Source of the DNA: an uncultured Spirochaetales bacterium
Lineage (GTDB): Bacteria; Spirochaetota; Spirochaetia; Sphaerochaetales; Sphaerochaetaceae
DNA: 64,000 bases
Assembly: GCA_902773355.1 (NCBI GenBank)
Contig: CACYEI010000030.1
Span: 30,822 to 94,821, forward strand
Direction: 5' to 3'
Part shown: one piece after another, positions 1-8,985 of the stretch
How positions within the stretch are numbered: position 1 is the first letter of the stretch
Layout: each line of letters starts with the position of its first letter
The notes under the pieces: generated by a model
Seen by the model: only the letters and a program-made list of their open reading frames with translations
The model's database searches: none
Told to the model about the DNA's origin: nothing
Translations under genes and position numbers: made by a program

Positions 1-1254
1 TTTTATAAAGACACGTGTAAATCTGATATAGTAAACTGCTTTTTGACTCTTTCATCTAAAAACTATATTGAATTAATAACAACAGCAGCAACTCATGCTT
101 TCCTACCACTATATCAGGAATTTCCACAGGTAATAAATGCTCAAATTGAAACAGCTATCATTCAATATAATGAAATATTTTCAAAATCATGTAATGGTTT
201 TTGGCTTCCTTATTGTGGATATTATCCAGGACTTGAACATATACTTTTTCATAACGGTATAAAATGGACATCTGTAGCAGCTCATTCTTTAATTCTAGGA
301 AATAAAATACCTATAAAAGGAAATTATTCTCCAATATGCACCCCAAATGGTCTATGGTGTTTTCCAAGGGACCATGCATTAACTGGTTTAGTTTGGTCAG
401 CAACTAATGGATATCCTACATCATCTGATTATAGGGATTTTTACAGGGATATAGGTTATGATCTTTCATTAGACTATATTAAACCATTTATTCATGAACC
501 AGATGTACGTGTTTTTACTGGATTCAAATATTATAGCGTAACAGGAAATACTTCAAAAAAACGAATATATGATTTTGAAATTGCAAAAAAGTTGGCTGAA
601 ATCCATTCAAATAATTTTATTTATAATCTTAAGACACGTGGAAAAACTGCAGAAAAAATAAATAAATCAGATCCAATTTTTACCTTAAGTTTTGATGCAG
701 AACTGTTTGGCCACTTTTGGTATGAAGGTGTAGGCTGGCTTGAATATTTAATTAGAAACATAGCAAAAGATAAAGAATTAGAACTTACTACTCCGTCTGA
801 TTGCATAGATTATCTAAGTAGAAAAAACGAGAAAATTCAAATTATGAACCCTGCATATTCCTCTTGGGGAGTAGGAGGTTTTTCTCAAGTTTGGCTTGAT
901 AATGAAACAAATTCATTTTTAATGAATCATATTACTAAGGCAATAGAAAAAATGACTGACCTGGCAATAAGATTCTCTAATCAAAAATCAATAACAGAAC
1001 GTTTTTTAAATCAAGCTGCAAGGGAAACTCTTCTACTTATGTCTGGAGATTGGCAGTACATACTTAGAAATAAAACAAGCTCTGAATATGCCAAAAAAAG
1101 AGTATATGGACATATACAAAATTTAAATCTGGTTTATGAAAGTATGTCTTCCTCAAGCGTGAATACCGCTTGGCTTGTAAAAGCAGAACGAAAAAATAAT
1201 ATTTTTCCACATATAGACTATAACATATTTAATAGAAAAAATTATGAATTATAA
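1..1254 (+). CDS. Glycoside hydrolase family 57 protein (alpha-glucan branching enzyme-like), 5' end outside window
   Basis: Frame 1 has no stop from nt 1, so the ORF runs off the window edge. ATHAFLP and FDAELFGHFWYEG motifs are typical of GH57/DUF1957 enzymes. Confidence 0.75.
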   Translation, partial: FYKDTCKSDIVNCFLTLSSKNYIELITTAATHAFLPLYQEFPQVINAQIETAIIQYNEIFSKSCNGFWLPYCGYYPGLEHILFHNGIKWTSVAAHSLILGNKIPIKGNYSPICTPNGLWCFPRDHALTGLVWSATNGYPTSSDYRDFYRDIGYDLSLDYIKPFIHEPDVRVFTGFKYYSVTGNTSKKRIYDFEIAKKLAEIHSNNFIYNLKTRGKTAEKINKSDPIFTLSFDAELFGHFWYEGVGWLEYLIRNIAKDKELELTTPSDCIDYLSRKNEKIQIMNPAYSSWGVGGFSQVWLDNETNSFLMNHITKAIEKMTDLAIRFSNQKSITERFLNQAARETLLLMSGDWQYILRNKTSSEYAKKRVYGHIQNLNLVYESMSSSSVNTAWLVKAERKNNIFPHIDYNIFNRKNYEL

Positions 1255-1690
1255 GAAAAATGTAAAATCATATATATGTAAAGATGAAGATGAAATGCTC
1301 AAACTTGGTAAAGAATTTGCATCTAAACTTAAAAAAGGCGATGTTGTATCCTTAAGAGGCAGTTTGGGTTCCGGAAAAACTGTTTTTGTAAAAGGTGTAG
1401 CAGAAGGTCTAAAAATATCTGATAATATCACAAGTCCCACATTCACTCTAGTTCAGATATATAATAACTCACAACTCCAGATGAACCATCTTGATTTATA
1501 TAGACTTAATTCTGAAGAAGATTTTTATAACATAGGTGGAATGGATTTCTTATCCCCAACAGGCATAACTTTAATTGAATGGACAGAGATAATTAATGAG
1601 ATATTACCTGATAATACCTATTTTATTAATATATCAATTCTTGATAATCTAAATAGAGAAGTTACAATATCTTTTAAGGAAAACGAATGA
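1244..1690 (+). CDS. tsaE: tRNA t6A37 biosynthesis ATPase TsaE (YjeE)
   Basis: 148 aa with Walker A GSLGSGKT and TsaE size and layout. The TGA stop overlaps the next ATG (ATGA). Confidence 0.85.
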   Translation: MNYKKNVKSYICKDEDEMLKLGKEFASKLKKGDVVSLRGSLGSGKTVFVKGVAEGLKISDNITSPTFTLVQIYNNSQLQMNHLDLYRLNSEEDFYNIGGMDFLSPTGITLIEWTEIINEILPDNTYFINISILDNLNREVTISFKENE

Positions 1691-3267
1691 GAAACAAATA
1701 CAATATTCTTGCCATAGACACATCCAACAATAATCCTTTTATCTGTATAAAAACTGTTGATGGTATTTTTAAATACAATTTAAATGAAAGAAATACCTCA
1801 AATGATATAGCTCAAAAAACATTAGATTTAATAAACAAATCTTCTATTAAAATAAATAACCTGGATTTACTTATTTGCACATCAGGACCAGGATCATTTA
1901 CAGGGTTACGAATAGGAATGTCATTTCTTAAAGGTATTTCCGCTGCATTAGGAATACCGCTTGTTTCTGTCAGCTGTTTAGATTTATTGAAAGAAAGTTA
2001 TTTAAACAAATATAAGGGAAATGAATGCATTTTAGTTCCTATAATAAAATCAACACCAAATAGATTTTATTACTCAATAAATGAAGCTACAGAAAACAGT
2101 AAAACGTATTTAATAAATGAATTAAAAAGGCTACATAAAAAGATAGTTTTAATTGGGGATACTTCATTAGAAATGAGCCAAATAGATGATACAGAAAATA
2201 ATATAGAATTATCTAATGAAGGATATGACGAAAAAGATTTAATTAAACTTGGTATAGAAAAATACCTATTATTGGGAGGGGATAAAATGACAGAAGGTCC
2301 TGTTTATATAAGAGAATCTGAAGCAGAAAGAACTAAAAAAAACAATCAATATTTAGATTCATTGCCTCATTATGATGTAATAATAATAGGAGCAGGGCCT
2401 GCAGGCTTATCATGTGGGCAATATTCAAGCAGGGCTGGTCTAAAAACACTAATAATTGAGGAAACATCTATTGGTGGTCAATTAAGTATTATTGATAAAA
2501 TTGAAAATTATCCAGGTTTAAATGAAATTAATGGCTATGAACTTGCCATGCTTTTTTCTAATCAAGCTACAAATTTTGGTTGTGAAATCACATATAACAG
2601 GGTTAATGAAGTTCAGAAAATAAAAGATAAATTCTTTAAAATTACATGTAGTGACAATAGTACAGAATTCACATCTAAAGCTGTAGTAATTGCCACTGGA
2701 GCCAAACACAAAAGTCTTTCAATTCCAGGAGAAAAAGAACTGATAGGACATGGAGTAAGTTATTGTGCCACATGTGATGGACCATTTTTCAAAAATAAAA
2801 AAATACTAGTCTGTGGCGGTGGAGATAGTGCTGTTCAAGAAGCCATATATTTAACAGGTCTGACTGATGATTTAACAATATGTCATAGAAGAGATACATT
2901 TAGAGCGCAGAAAGCACTGGTAGATAAACTGGTTAATACAAAAAAATGTAAATTTAAAATGAAAGAACAAATTGTCAGTATAAATTCAGAAAATGGAAAA
3001 GTTAAATCAGTAACATTTAAAAAAGATGGTGAAACGTATTCTGAAGAATTTTCAGCTGTTTTCATCTTTATTGGCAGTACTCCGTCCTCAGATTTTATAG
3101 ATGTGGAAAAGACAGAAGATAAATATATAATTACAAATGAAAAAATGGAAACTTCTATAAAGGGAATTTATGCTATTGGAGACGTCAGAAACACAAATTT
3201 TAGACAAATAGTTACTTCAGCTTCTGACGGAGCAGTCTGTGCTCATATTATAAAAGAAACTTTATAA
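1687..3267 (+). CDS. TsaB (YeaZ)-like domain fused in frame to thioredoxin-disulfide reductase
   Basis: The N-terminal ~220 aa carry SGPGSFTGLRIG and a PVYIRESEAE end typical of TsaB. The C-terminal ~300 aa carry YDVIIIGAGPAG, redox-active CATCDG, GGGDSA and GDV motifs of TrxB. It is a single uninterrupted frame. Confidence 0.8.
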   Translation: MRNKYNILAIDTSNNNPFICIKTVDGIFKYNLNERNTSNDIAQKTLDLINKSSIKINNLDLLICTSGPGSFTGLRIGMSFLKGISAALGIPLVSVSCLDLLKESYLNKYKGNECILVPIIKSTPNRFYYSINEATENSKTYLINELKRLHKKIVLIGDTSLEMSQIDDTENNIELSNEGYDEKDLIKLGIEKYLLLGGDKMTEGPVYIRESEAERTKKNNQYLDSLPHYDVIIIGAGPAGLSCGQYSSRAGLKTLIIEETSIGGQLSIIDKIENYPGLNEINGYELAMLFSNQATNFGCEITYNRVNEVQKIKDKFFKITCSDNSTEFTSKAVVIATGAKHKSLSIPGEKELIGHGVSYCATCDGPFFKNKKILVCGGGDSAVQEAIYLTGLTDDLTICHRRDTFRAQKALVDKLVNTKKCKFKMKEQIVSINSENGKVKSVTFKKDGETYSEEFSAVFIFIGSTPSSDFIDVEKTEDKYIITNEKMETSIKGIYAIGDVRNTNFRQIVTSASDGAVCAHIIKETL

Positions 3268-4260
3268 TCTAAAACTTGAAGTAGCATCCAATTCCAATGA
3301 AGATGTGATACCATCTTTTAAATACATATAACCTAAACCAGCAACCATGGCAGCATTATCAGTACATAACTTTAATGAAGCTAGAGAAACATCATAACCA
3401 TCATTTTTTAAATCTAAAAGAGATGCTCTAATTAAACTATTAGCACTCACCCCTCCACCAGCTGAAACTCTTTTTAATCCAGTATCTTTCAAAGCTTTTC
3501 TAACTCGTTTCATAATCATACCAACTGCAACTCTTTGAAATGAAGCACAAATATTTTCATTTGTTACTTCTTTCCCAGTAGAAAAATATTGTAGCTGATT
3601 GATAACTGCTGTTTTCAAGCCACTAAAAGAAACATCATATTTATGAAGTGGTTTTTTTATTTCTGAACCAGGAAACATAAATGACATGGGATCTCCTTTC
3701 TGAGCCAATGAATCTACTATAACTCCACCTGGATATCCTAAATTATAATGCTTAGCCACTTTATCATATGCTTCTCCTATAGCATCATCAACTGTAGAAC
3801 CTAATATTTCAATTTTATCATAACTTAGAACATTACATATAAATGTATGTCCCCCACTTAAAAGTACACCAAGATAGGGATAATCCATAGAATGTTCTAT
3901 TTGAGGAGCAAAAAGATGAGCTCTTATATGATCAATTCCCACTAACGGTTTATTTAATCCTAAAGCAAGACCTTTAGCAAAATTAACACCAACAAGTAAC
4001 GAACCCAATAAACCAGGATGAGAAGTAACAGCTATTCCATCTATTTTATCTAAGGAAATATCAGCTTTTTTTAAAGCAGCTTCCAAAACCTGTCTAATCC
4101 AGCAAACGTGAAGCCTGGATGCTATTTCTGGAACAACACCATTATATGGTTTATGTAAAACAATCTGACTTGCAATAATATTTGAATGAATGTATTTAGC
4201 ATCCTCCACTAGTGCTATACTACATTCATCACACGATGTTTCAATTCCTAATATAATCAT
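3262..4260 (-). CDS. tsaD: tRNA N6-adenosine threonylcarbamoyltransferase TsaD (Kae1/Gcp)
   Basis: 332 aa with ILGIETSCDE start, SGGHT and GGVSAN motifs. It is convergent with tsaE-tsaB. Confidence 0.92.
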   Translation of the reverse strand: MIILGIETSCDECSIALVEDAKYIHSNIIASQIVLHKPYNGVVPEIASRLHVCWIRQVLEAALKKADISLDKIDGIAVTSHPGLLGSLLVGVNFAKGLALGLNKPLVGIDHIRAHLFAPQIEHSMDYPYLGVLLSGGHTFICNVLSYDKIEILGSTVDDAIGEAYDKVAKHYNLGYPGGVIVDSLAQKGDPMSFMFPGSEIKKPLHKYDVSFSGLKTAVINQLQYFSTGKEVTNENICASFQRVAVGMIMKRVRKALKDTGLKRVSAGGGVSANSLIRASLLDLKNDGYDVSLASLKLCTDNAAMVAGLGYMYLKDGITSSLELDATSSFRL

Positions 4261-4445
4261 TAAAAATCATCTTCATTATATCCTGGAGTTCTGACACTTA
4301 CATGTTTACCAGCAAAATACATGGTAAAAAAAAGTTCATCTTCAGCACTGGAAGATACATCATCTATATAATTGGCTAAATTCAAGGTAATAGGTAAACC
4401 ATAAACCCTGGCCCCTGTTCTAGAATTATTCTTAATTAAATCCAT
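4260..4445 (-). CDS. Small hypothetical protein, translationally coupled to tsaD
   Basis: 61-aa ORF whose TAA stop overlaps the tsaD ATG (TAATG). No recognisable motif. Confidence 0.35.
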   Translation of the reverse strand: MDLIKNNSRTGARVYGLPITLNLANYIDDVSSSAEDELFFTMYFAGKHVSVRTPGYNEDDF

Positions 4446-4483
4446 ATACTTAAAATAAAAAAAGAAAGGCTTATAGTCAACTA

Positions 4484-5740
4484 TTATACTACTTTATTTA
4501 ATTTTTCTGAACAAGAAAAAACATTTTCAAAAAACAACTGTATTTTATCCAGATCTAAAACTGAATAGGCTATTCTTATCAACTTAGAACCAAAAGAAAC
4601 TAATCCAGTAGAATATTGCCTTAATAATGTAAGTCTTAAAGTTTCTGCATCAACAGACGTCAGAAAGCTCATAAAATAACCGCTGTTAAAAGGAAGAACA
4701 GTTAATCCACTATCTTTATATTTCCCCATCATATCATTAATAACATCTTTAACCATATTATATCTTTTTTTCAATTCATTTTTTGCGTATTCTTTTTCCT
4801 GATTATGTTTTAAATTCATCATAGAGTGATATAAAATATTTTGGGCACATGTATTGGAATTAGAAATATTACATCTGATTGCACCTAAAGTTTTACTTAC
4901 AAGTTCATCAAAAAAAGATGTGTCAGCACAACCATATGTAATAAAACCTATTCTAAACCCCCATGCTAGCTCTTCCTTAGTTGCACCATCACACTTTACT
5001 GCTAATATATTTGAATCCAAATTATATAACATGGAAAAAAGGGACTTTTTAAAAACATAATCTTCATAAAAAAGTGAAAAATAGGCATCATCAATTATCA
5101 CAGTAAACTTTATTCCATCTCTAGCCTTTTCTTTCAAAAAATCAGTTATTTTTTTTGCTTCTTTTTCCTGAAGTGTAAAACCTGTAGGATTATTAGGAAA
5201 ATTAAATAAAATAACAATCTTTTTACTTTTTATGGAATTAATACAATTTTTAAAAGAAGAAATATTAAAATTATTTCCATCAAACATTGTAAAAGTATGT
5301 TTCTTAGCCTGAGTTTGAATATCTATAATCAAATTATAATTTTCCCAGTAATACTCTGGTAAAACTACATCAGTATCTTTTTCAGCAAAAAGAGAAAATG
5401 TCAAGCTTAATGAATTTGTTATTCCAGCTGTAACAATAGGTAATGTTATATTATCTTTATTACTTATCTCATTTACATTAATTATATGATTAAGCCAAAT
5501 TTCTCTTAATTTCTTATTACCTCCAATAGGAGAATAAGAATAAATTTCAGATGGTATTAAACTATTAGAAAAATAATTCATACTACTATCTAAATACATA
5601 ATAGATCCATTTAATTTAGCCACTCCAGCAGTAGCATTCAAATCTTTGCAGTACTCAACCGCCTGAGCATTTTGAACTAAAATACCATTTGGCAAGTATA
5701 CTCTTTTACCAAAAGAAGATAAAAAATCATTAAGACTCAT
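4484..5740 (-). CDS. Class I/II PLP-dependent aminotransferase
   Basis: 418 aa with NFPNNPTG motif and overall aspartate/aromatic aminotransferase layout. Confidence 0.75.
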   Translation of the reverse strand: MSLNDFLSSFGKRVYLPNGILVQNAQAVEYCKDLNATAGVAKLNGSIMYLDSSMNYFSNSLIPSEIYSYSPIGGNKKLREIWLNHIINVNEISNKDNITLPIVTAGITNSLSLTFSLFAEKDTDVVLPEYYWENYNLIIDIQTQAKKHTFTMFDGNNFNISSFKNCINSIKSKKIVILFNFPNNPTGFTLQEKEAKKITDFLKEKARDGIKFTVIIDDAYFSLFYEDYVFKKSLFSMLYNLDSNILAVKCDGATKEELAWGFRIGFITYGCADTSFFDELVSKTLGAIRCNISNSNTCAQNILYHSMMNLKHNQEKEYAKNELKKRYNMVKDVINDMMGKYKDSGLTVLPFNSGYFMSFLTSVDAETLRLTLLRQYSTGLVSFGSKLIRIAYSVLDLDKIQLFFENVFSCSEKLNKVV

Positions 5741-5762
5741 GTAACATTCCTGTCATAAAATT

Positions 5763-6893
5763 TTAAAATAATAATTCCTGTGTTAATGAAACATATCTGT
5801 TATTATCAGATAATGTTTTAATCATATATGAGCTATCTAATCTTAAATCTTTAACCAAAGATATAAGTAAATCTTCTGAAATTAAATTCTGTTCATTAAA
5901 AAGATACATTAACGCTTTTTCAGCAATAAGTGACTGCTTTAAACTAGCCAAATATACATCTTCATTTCTATTACCTTTATACCTACCCTGTAAACTACTA
6001 CATAAAAGACTTTTATTTATATTAGATTTTAAAAATGAAAGTTCATTTCTTAAAGGTTTAATATTACCTGTACTTGCTTCTTGTGCTAATGGTTTTAAAG
6101 TAAAAAAAGTATATTCTTTTCCAGGTAAAAAATGATGCTCATCACATCTGGCCTGATAATTAGGAGATACAGAACCTGTTTTCTGTTTATCCCCACCAAC
6201 AACAATTAATGGATCAAAATACAATGCAGGAGATTCTACTCCATCTATATTGTAGTACCTATATGTATAAAAAGCATCATTTATACAACTATTATGCTCA
6301 CAATAAGCTGTCAGAGGAATAACATCTGTAGCCATATCAAGCATTAAACGAGCTGTGGAATTAAAAATATCCCTTCTAAAGTTCAGTATTAAAGTAGGAA
6401 AAATAAACATTATTCCTCTTTGAACGCTTAGATTTCTTACTACATATGCTAATCTTTCATCAAAAAAACCAGCTTCATCAATTATATATGTACCAACAGT
6501 AGGATTTTCTTTTACAACTTCATCAAAATCAAAAGAATTTGAAATTCTAGCAATATTATTACCACATCTTATATAACCACTTCTAAAAGCCAAAGCATCA
6601 TCAGGGTATTCAGTAAACCTAACAGAATCAATCTTATTTCTTATAAAAAAAACATTTCTTCTGTCAGTATCTCCAAATGATGTAATGTTTTTTACATCTT
6701 CTCCTTTAGATTTGGCTATATTTGCATCTCTCCAAACTCTGGCAGCATACTCAGTCTTACCACTACCCATAGGACCTATAAGAAGCACTCTTCTTCCAGG
6801 TCTAGTAAAATCATAATGAGAAAAAGTGTCATGGATTTCCAAAATTGGAAATCCAAGACTTTTTAAAAAATCTTCTTTAAACTTATTTGGCAT
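5763..6893 (-). CDS. Thymidine-kinase-fold P-loop protein with N- and C-terminal extensions
   Basis: GPMGSGKT Walker A, IIDEAGFF (TK has IDEAQFF), and Cys/His pairs CEHNSC ... CDEHH where TK has its zinc lasso. 376 aa versus roughly 190 aa for a typical TK. The start overlaps the deoC stop by 11 nt. Confidence 0.6.
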   Translation of the reverse strand: MPNKFKEDFLKSLGFPILEIHDTFSHYDFTRPGRRVLLIGPMGSGKTEYAARVWRDANIAKSKGEDVKNITSFGDTDRRNVFFIRNKIDSVRFTEYPDDALAFRSGYIRCGNNIARISNSFDFDEVVKENPTVGTYIIDEAGFFDERLAYVVRNLSVQRGIMFIFPTLILNFRRDIFNSTARLMLDMATDVIPLTAYCEHNSCINDAFYTYRYYNIDGVESPALYFDPLIVVGGDKQKTGSVSPNYQARCDEHHFLPGKEYTFFTLKPLAQEASTGNIKPLRNELSFLKSNINKSLLCSSLQGRYKGNRNEDVYLASLKQSLIAEKALMYLFNEQNLISEDLLISLVKDLRLDSSYMIKTLSDNNRYVSLTQELLF

Positions 6894-7530
6894 CTGAAAC
6901 TATTTTAACAGAAGCACTACAACCTAATCTGTTAGCACCTGCATTTATCATAGCCAATGCCGTCTTATAGTCTCTAATTCCACCAGAAGCTTTTACACCA
7001 ATATTCTCTCCCACTGTTTTTCTCATAAGAGAAACATCATCAACATTAGCTCCTGATTTTGAGAACCCTGTAGATGTTTTTACAAAATCAGCACCAGCTT
7101 TAACACTTAATTCACAAGCTCTGATCTTTTCTTCTTCTGTCAACAAACATGTTTCAATAATTACCTTTAAATGAGCACTGCCACATGCTTTTTTTACTGC
7201 TTTAATATCTTCTAAAACTAAATTATCTTTTTTATCTTTAAGATAACCTATATTTATGACCATATCTATTTCACTACTTCCATCAGAAACTGCCTGCTTA
7301 GCTTCAAATGCCTTAGCAGGTGTAGCCATAGCTCCAAGAGGAAAACCCACTACAGTACAAACATTAACAGATGTTCCTTTTAATAATTCTGAACAAAGTT
7401 TTGTATAGCAAGATGAAACACAGACAGAAGCAAAACTGTAGTTTTTTGCTTCATCACATAATTTAGTAATCTGTTCTTCTGTAGCTTCTGGAGCTAGTAA
7501 AGTATGATCTATGAAATTATTCAGTTCCAT
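6883..7530 (-). CDS. deoC: Deoxyribose-phosphate aldolase
   Basis: 215 aa with [24 protein letters not shown] and KASGGIR motifs. Confidence 0.92.
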   Translation of the reverse strand: MELNNFIDHTLLAPEATEEQITKLCDEAKNYSFASVCVSSCYTKLCSELLKGTSVNVCTVVGFPLGAMATPAKAFEAKQAVSDGSSEIDMVINIGYLKDKKDNLVLEDIKAVKKACGSAHLKVIIETCLLTEEEKIRACELSVKAGADFVKTSTGFSKSGANVDDVSLMRKTVGENIGVKASGGIRDYKTALAMINAGANRLGCSASVKIVSDAK

Positions 7531-7551
7531 AAGTGCACCTAAAAGTAATAA

Positions 7552-8733
7552 TTAAAGATTAGATTTTAATAAATAGATTTCAAAAGAATTCAACCCTATA
7601 TCTCTTAAATATTCTTCTGCTTCTTTAACTAAATCAGATGTTTCTAATGAATCCACGTTAAATGCCTGCTGTAAACTTTCTACAATATTACTGTTAGCTA
7701 TAGCATCATATTTTCTAGTACCTTTCTCAACACCATAATAGTTGTAATATGTTTCCATATAATCACTTATTACTTCCTCAAGTGTTGCACCTTTAAGACA
7801 TTCTAATAAAGCTGAAACAAAACCAGCTCTATCCTTTCCTTCTGTACAATGAACCAAATAAACACCCTGATTAGTAGCCATAAATCTTAAACCATCAGCC
7901 AAACCTTTTTTAAAATCTTCTGATGAAAAATCTACTCCAAGATTTAAATAAATAACATTTTGCTGACTGTAGTATGTATTTAAAAATTCTGCTCTTTTTT
8001 CTGCAGTCTCTTTATTATCTGCTAAATTTAAGATTACAGTAACACCTGCATCTTTTATTGCCTTATCAGCATATGTATTTCTTCCAAGTTCTGCATTCAC
8101 AGGATTTGAACTTCTATAAAGATTCTTCATATTAGATGTATTTACTTTTCTAAAGTTGGCAAACTGTTCATCTGTTAACATTGAATAATCATCCCTATTA
8201 TTTGTCCTATTAAGGTCATGTATAGAATATTCTTCTAAATATCCACCTTTGTCCTCAAGTGTAAAACTTATCTCAATTGGAAATGTTACACCTTCATTTG
8301 CTGTCCAATACCAAGTCTTATCTTCATTTGTTGTTTTTGTTCCTAAACCATAAGCAGTAGTGAAATCACCCATATTTATAGCTAATGATATGTAACCAGC
8401 TGGATTACCTGAATCATCTTTTCCCATAATTACGGCTGTTTTCCCAGAATCTACATATGAGTATGTAGGCACTACTGGAATGATAATTTCTTGATTAAGA
8501 ACAGTTACTTTTACTAAATCTCCCCATTCAAAACCAACTGAAGTAAAATCAGAAGCTGTTGTTTTTGTATTTAGATTACCATACTTAGTGGTATATGTAT
8601 CTGACAAATCTCTTATTTCAGTCCTTATAGTATTATTTTTTCTGTCATTTACTCTATCCAGTAAAGAACAACTGACTAAAACAACTGCCACCAAAGCAAA
8701 TAAGAAAACGCAAAGTGTAAGTCTTTTTTTCAT
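7552..8733 (-). CDS. Lipoprotein with C-terminal Y_phosphatase3-type (CX5R) tyrosine-phosphatase-like domain
   Basis: Start moved to the ATG at 8733 (AGGAG 7 nt upstream; MKKRLTLCVFLFALVAVVLVSC signal/lipobox). HCTEGKDRAG active-site loop. Paralogue of 11079..12191. Confidence 0.7.
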   Translation of the reverse strand: MKKRLTLCVFLFALVAVVLVSCSLLDRVNDRKNNTIRTEIRDLSDTYTTKYGNLNTKTTASDFTSVGFEWGDLVKVTVLNQEIIIPVVPTYSYVDSGKTAVIMGKDDSGNPAGYISLAINMGDFTTAYGLGTKTTNEDKTWYWTANEGVTFPIEISFTLEDKGGYLEEYSIHDLNRTNNRDDYSMLTDEQFANFRKVNTSNMKNLYRSSNPVNAELGRNTYADKAIKDAGVTVILNLADNKETAEKRAEFLNTYYSQQNVIYLNLGVDFSSEDFKKGLADGLRFMATNQGVYLVHCTEGKDRAGFVSALLECLKGATLEEVISDYMETYYNYYGVEKGTRKYDAIANSNIVESLQQAFNVDSLETSDLVKEAEEYLRDIGLNSFEIYLLKSNL

Positions 8734-8758
8734 ATTATAACTCCTAAAAAATTTAAAA

Positions 8759-8858
8759 GGGAACAAATCACCTGAATCTCACCACTAATCCACTTACCGT
8801 TGCTACTTCCCAGTTCTGGCGGGGTTGGGCAGAAAGCAGTAGCACAGAATCTGTTCCC
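8759..8858 (-). ncRNA. ffs: 100-nt structured RNA, candidate SRP (4.5S-like) RNA; the alternative is a cis-acting leader of the downstream lipoprotein gene
   Basis: Starts about 7 nt after a consensus promoter. The 5' GGGAACAGAU pairs with the 3' AUUUGUUCCC, and UUUUAAAUUUUUU follows. The apical ACU-GGGA-AGU hairpin is flanked by AGA (5') and AGCA (3') internal-loop residues, as in SRP domain IV. The rest can form an irregular long hairpin. Confidence 0.5.
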
Positions 8859-8864
8859 AATAAA

Positions 8865-8893
8865 ACTATATTAAAAAAAATTTACTATGTCAA
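8865..8893 (-). promoter_or_regulatory. Sigma-70 type promoter (TTGACA-17 nt-TATAGT)
   Basis: On the minus strand, -35 TTGACA (8893..8888), an exact 17-nt spacer and -10 TATAGT (8870..8865). The predicted start is at the G of GGGAACAG (about 8858). Confidence 0.7.
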
Positions 8894-8921
8894 ACTAAAC
8901 ATGGTGTAACCATATTTTTTC

Positions 8922-8952
8922 TTGTAATTAGACCAAGTATGTGTTATATAAT
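8922..8952 (+). promoter_or_regulatory. Possible sigma-70 promoter for the EF-G paralogue
   Basis: TTGTAA, 17 nt, then TATATAAT upstream of the AGGAGG RBS at 8977. Confidence 0.35.
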
Positions 8953-8985
8953 TTAAAGATTATAGCTCTTATTTCAGGAGGGAAA

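Noticed and set aside
8759-8858. Assignment of the structured RNA to a known riboswitch class (cobalamin, TPP, yybP-ykoY Mn2+, ZTP, glutamine)
   Set aside because: Only short fragments resemble those consensus cores (GCCAGAACUGGGAAG, GGGAAGUAGC). The order and pairing of the conserved elements do not fit any of them. The SRP-like apical motif fits better, so it is reported as candidate SRP RNA / unknown leader instead.
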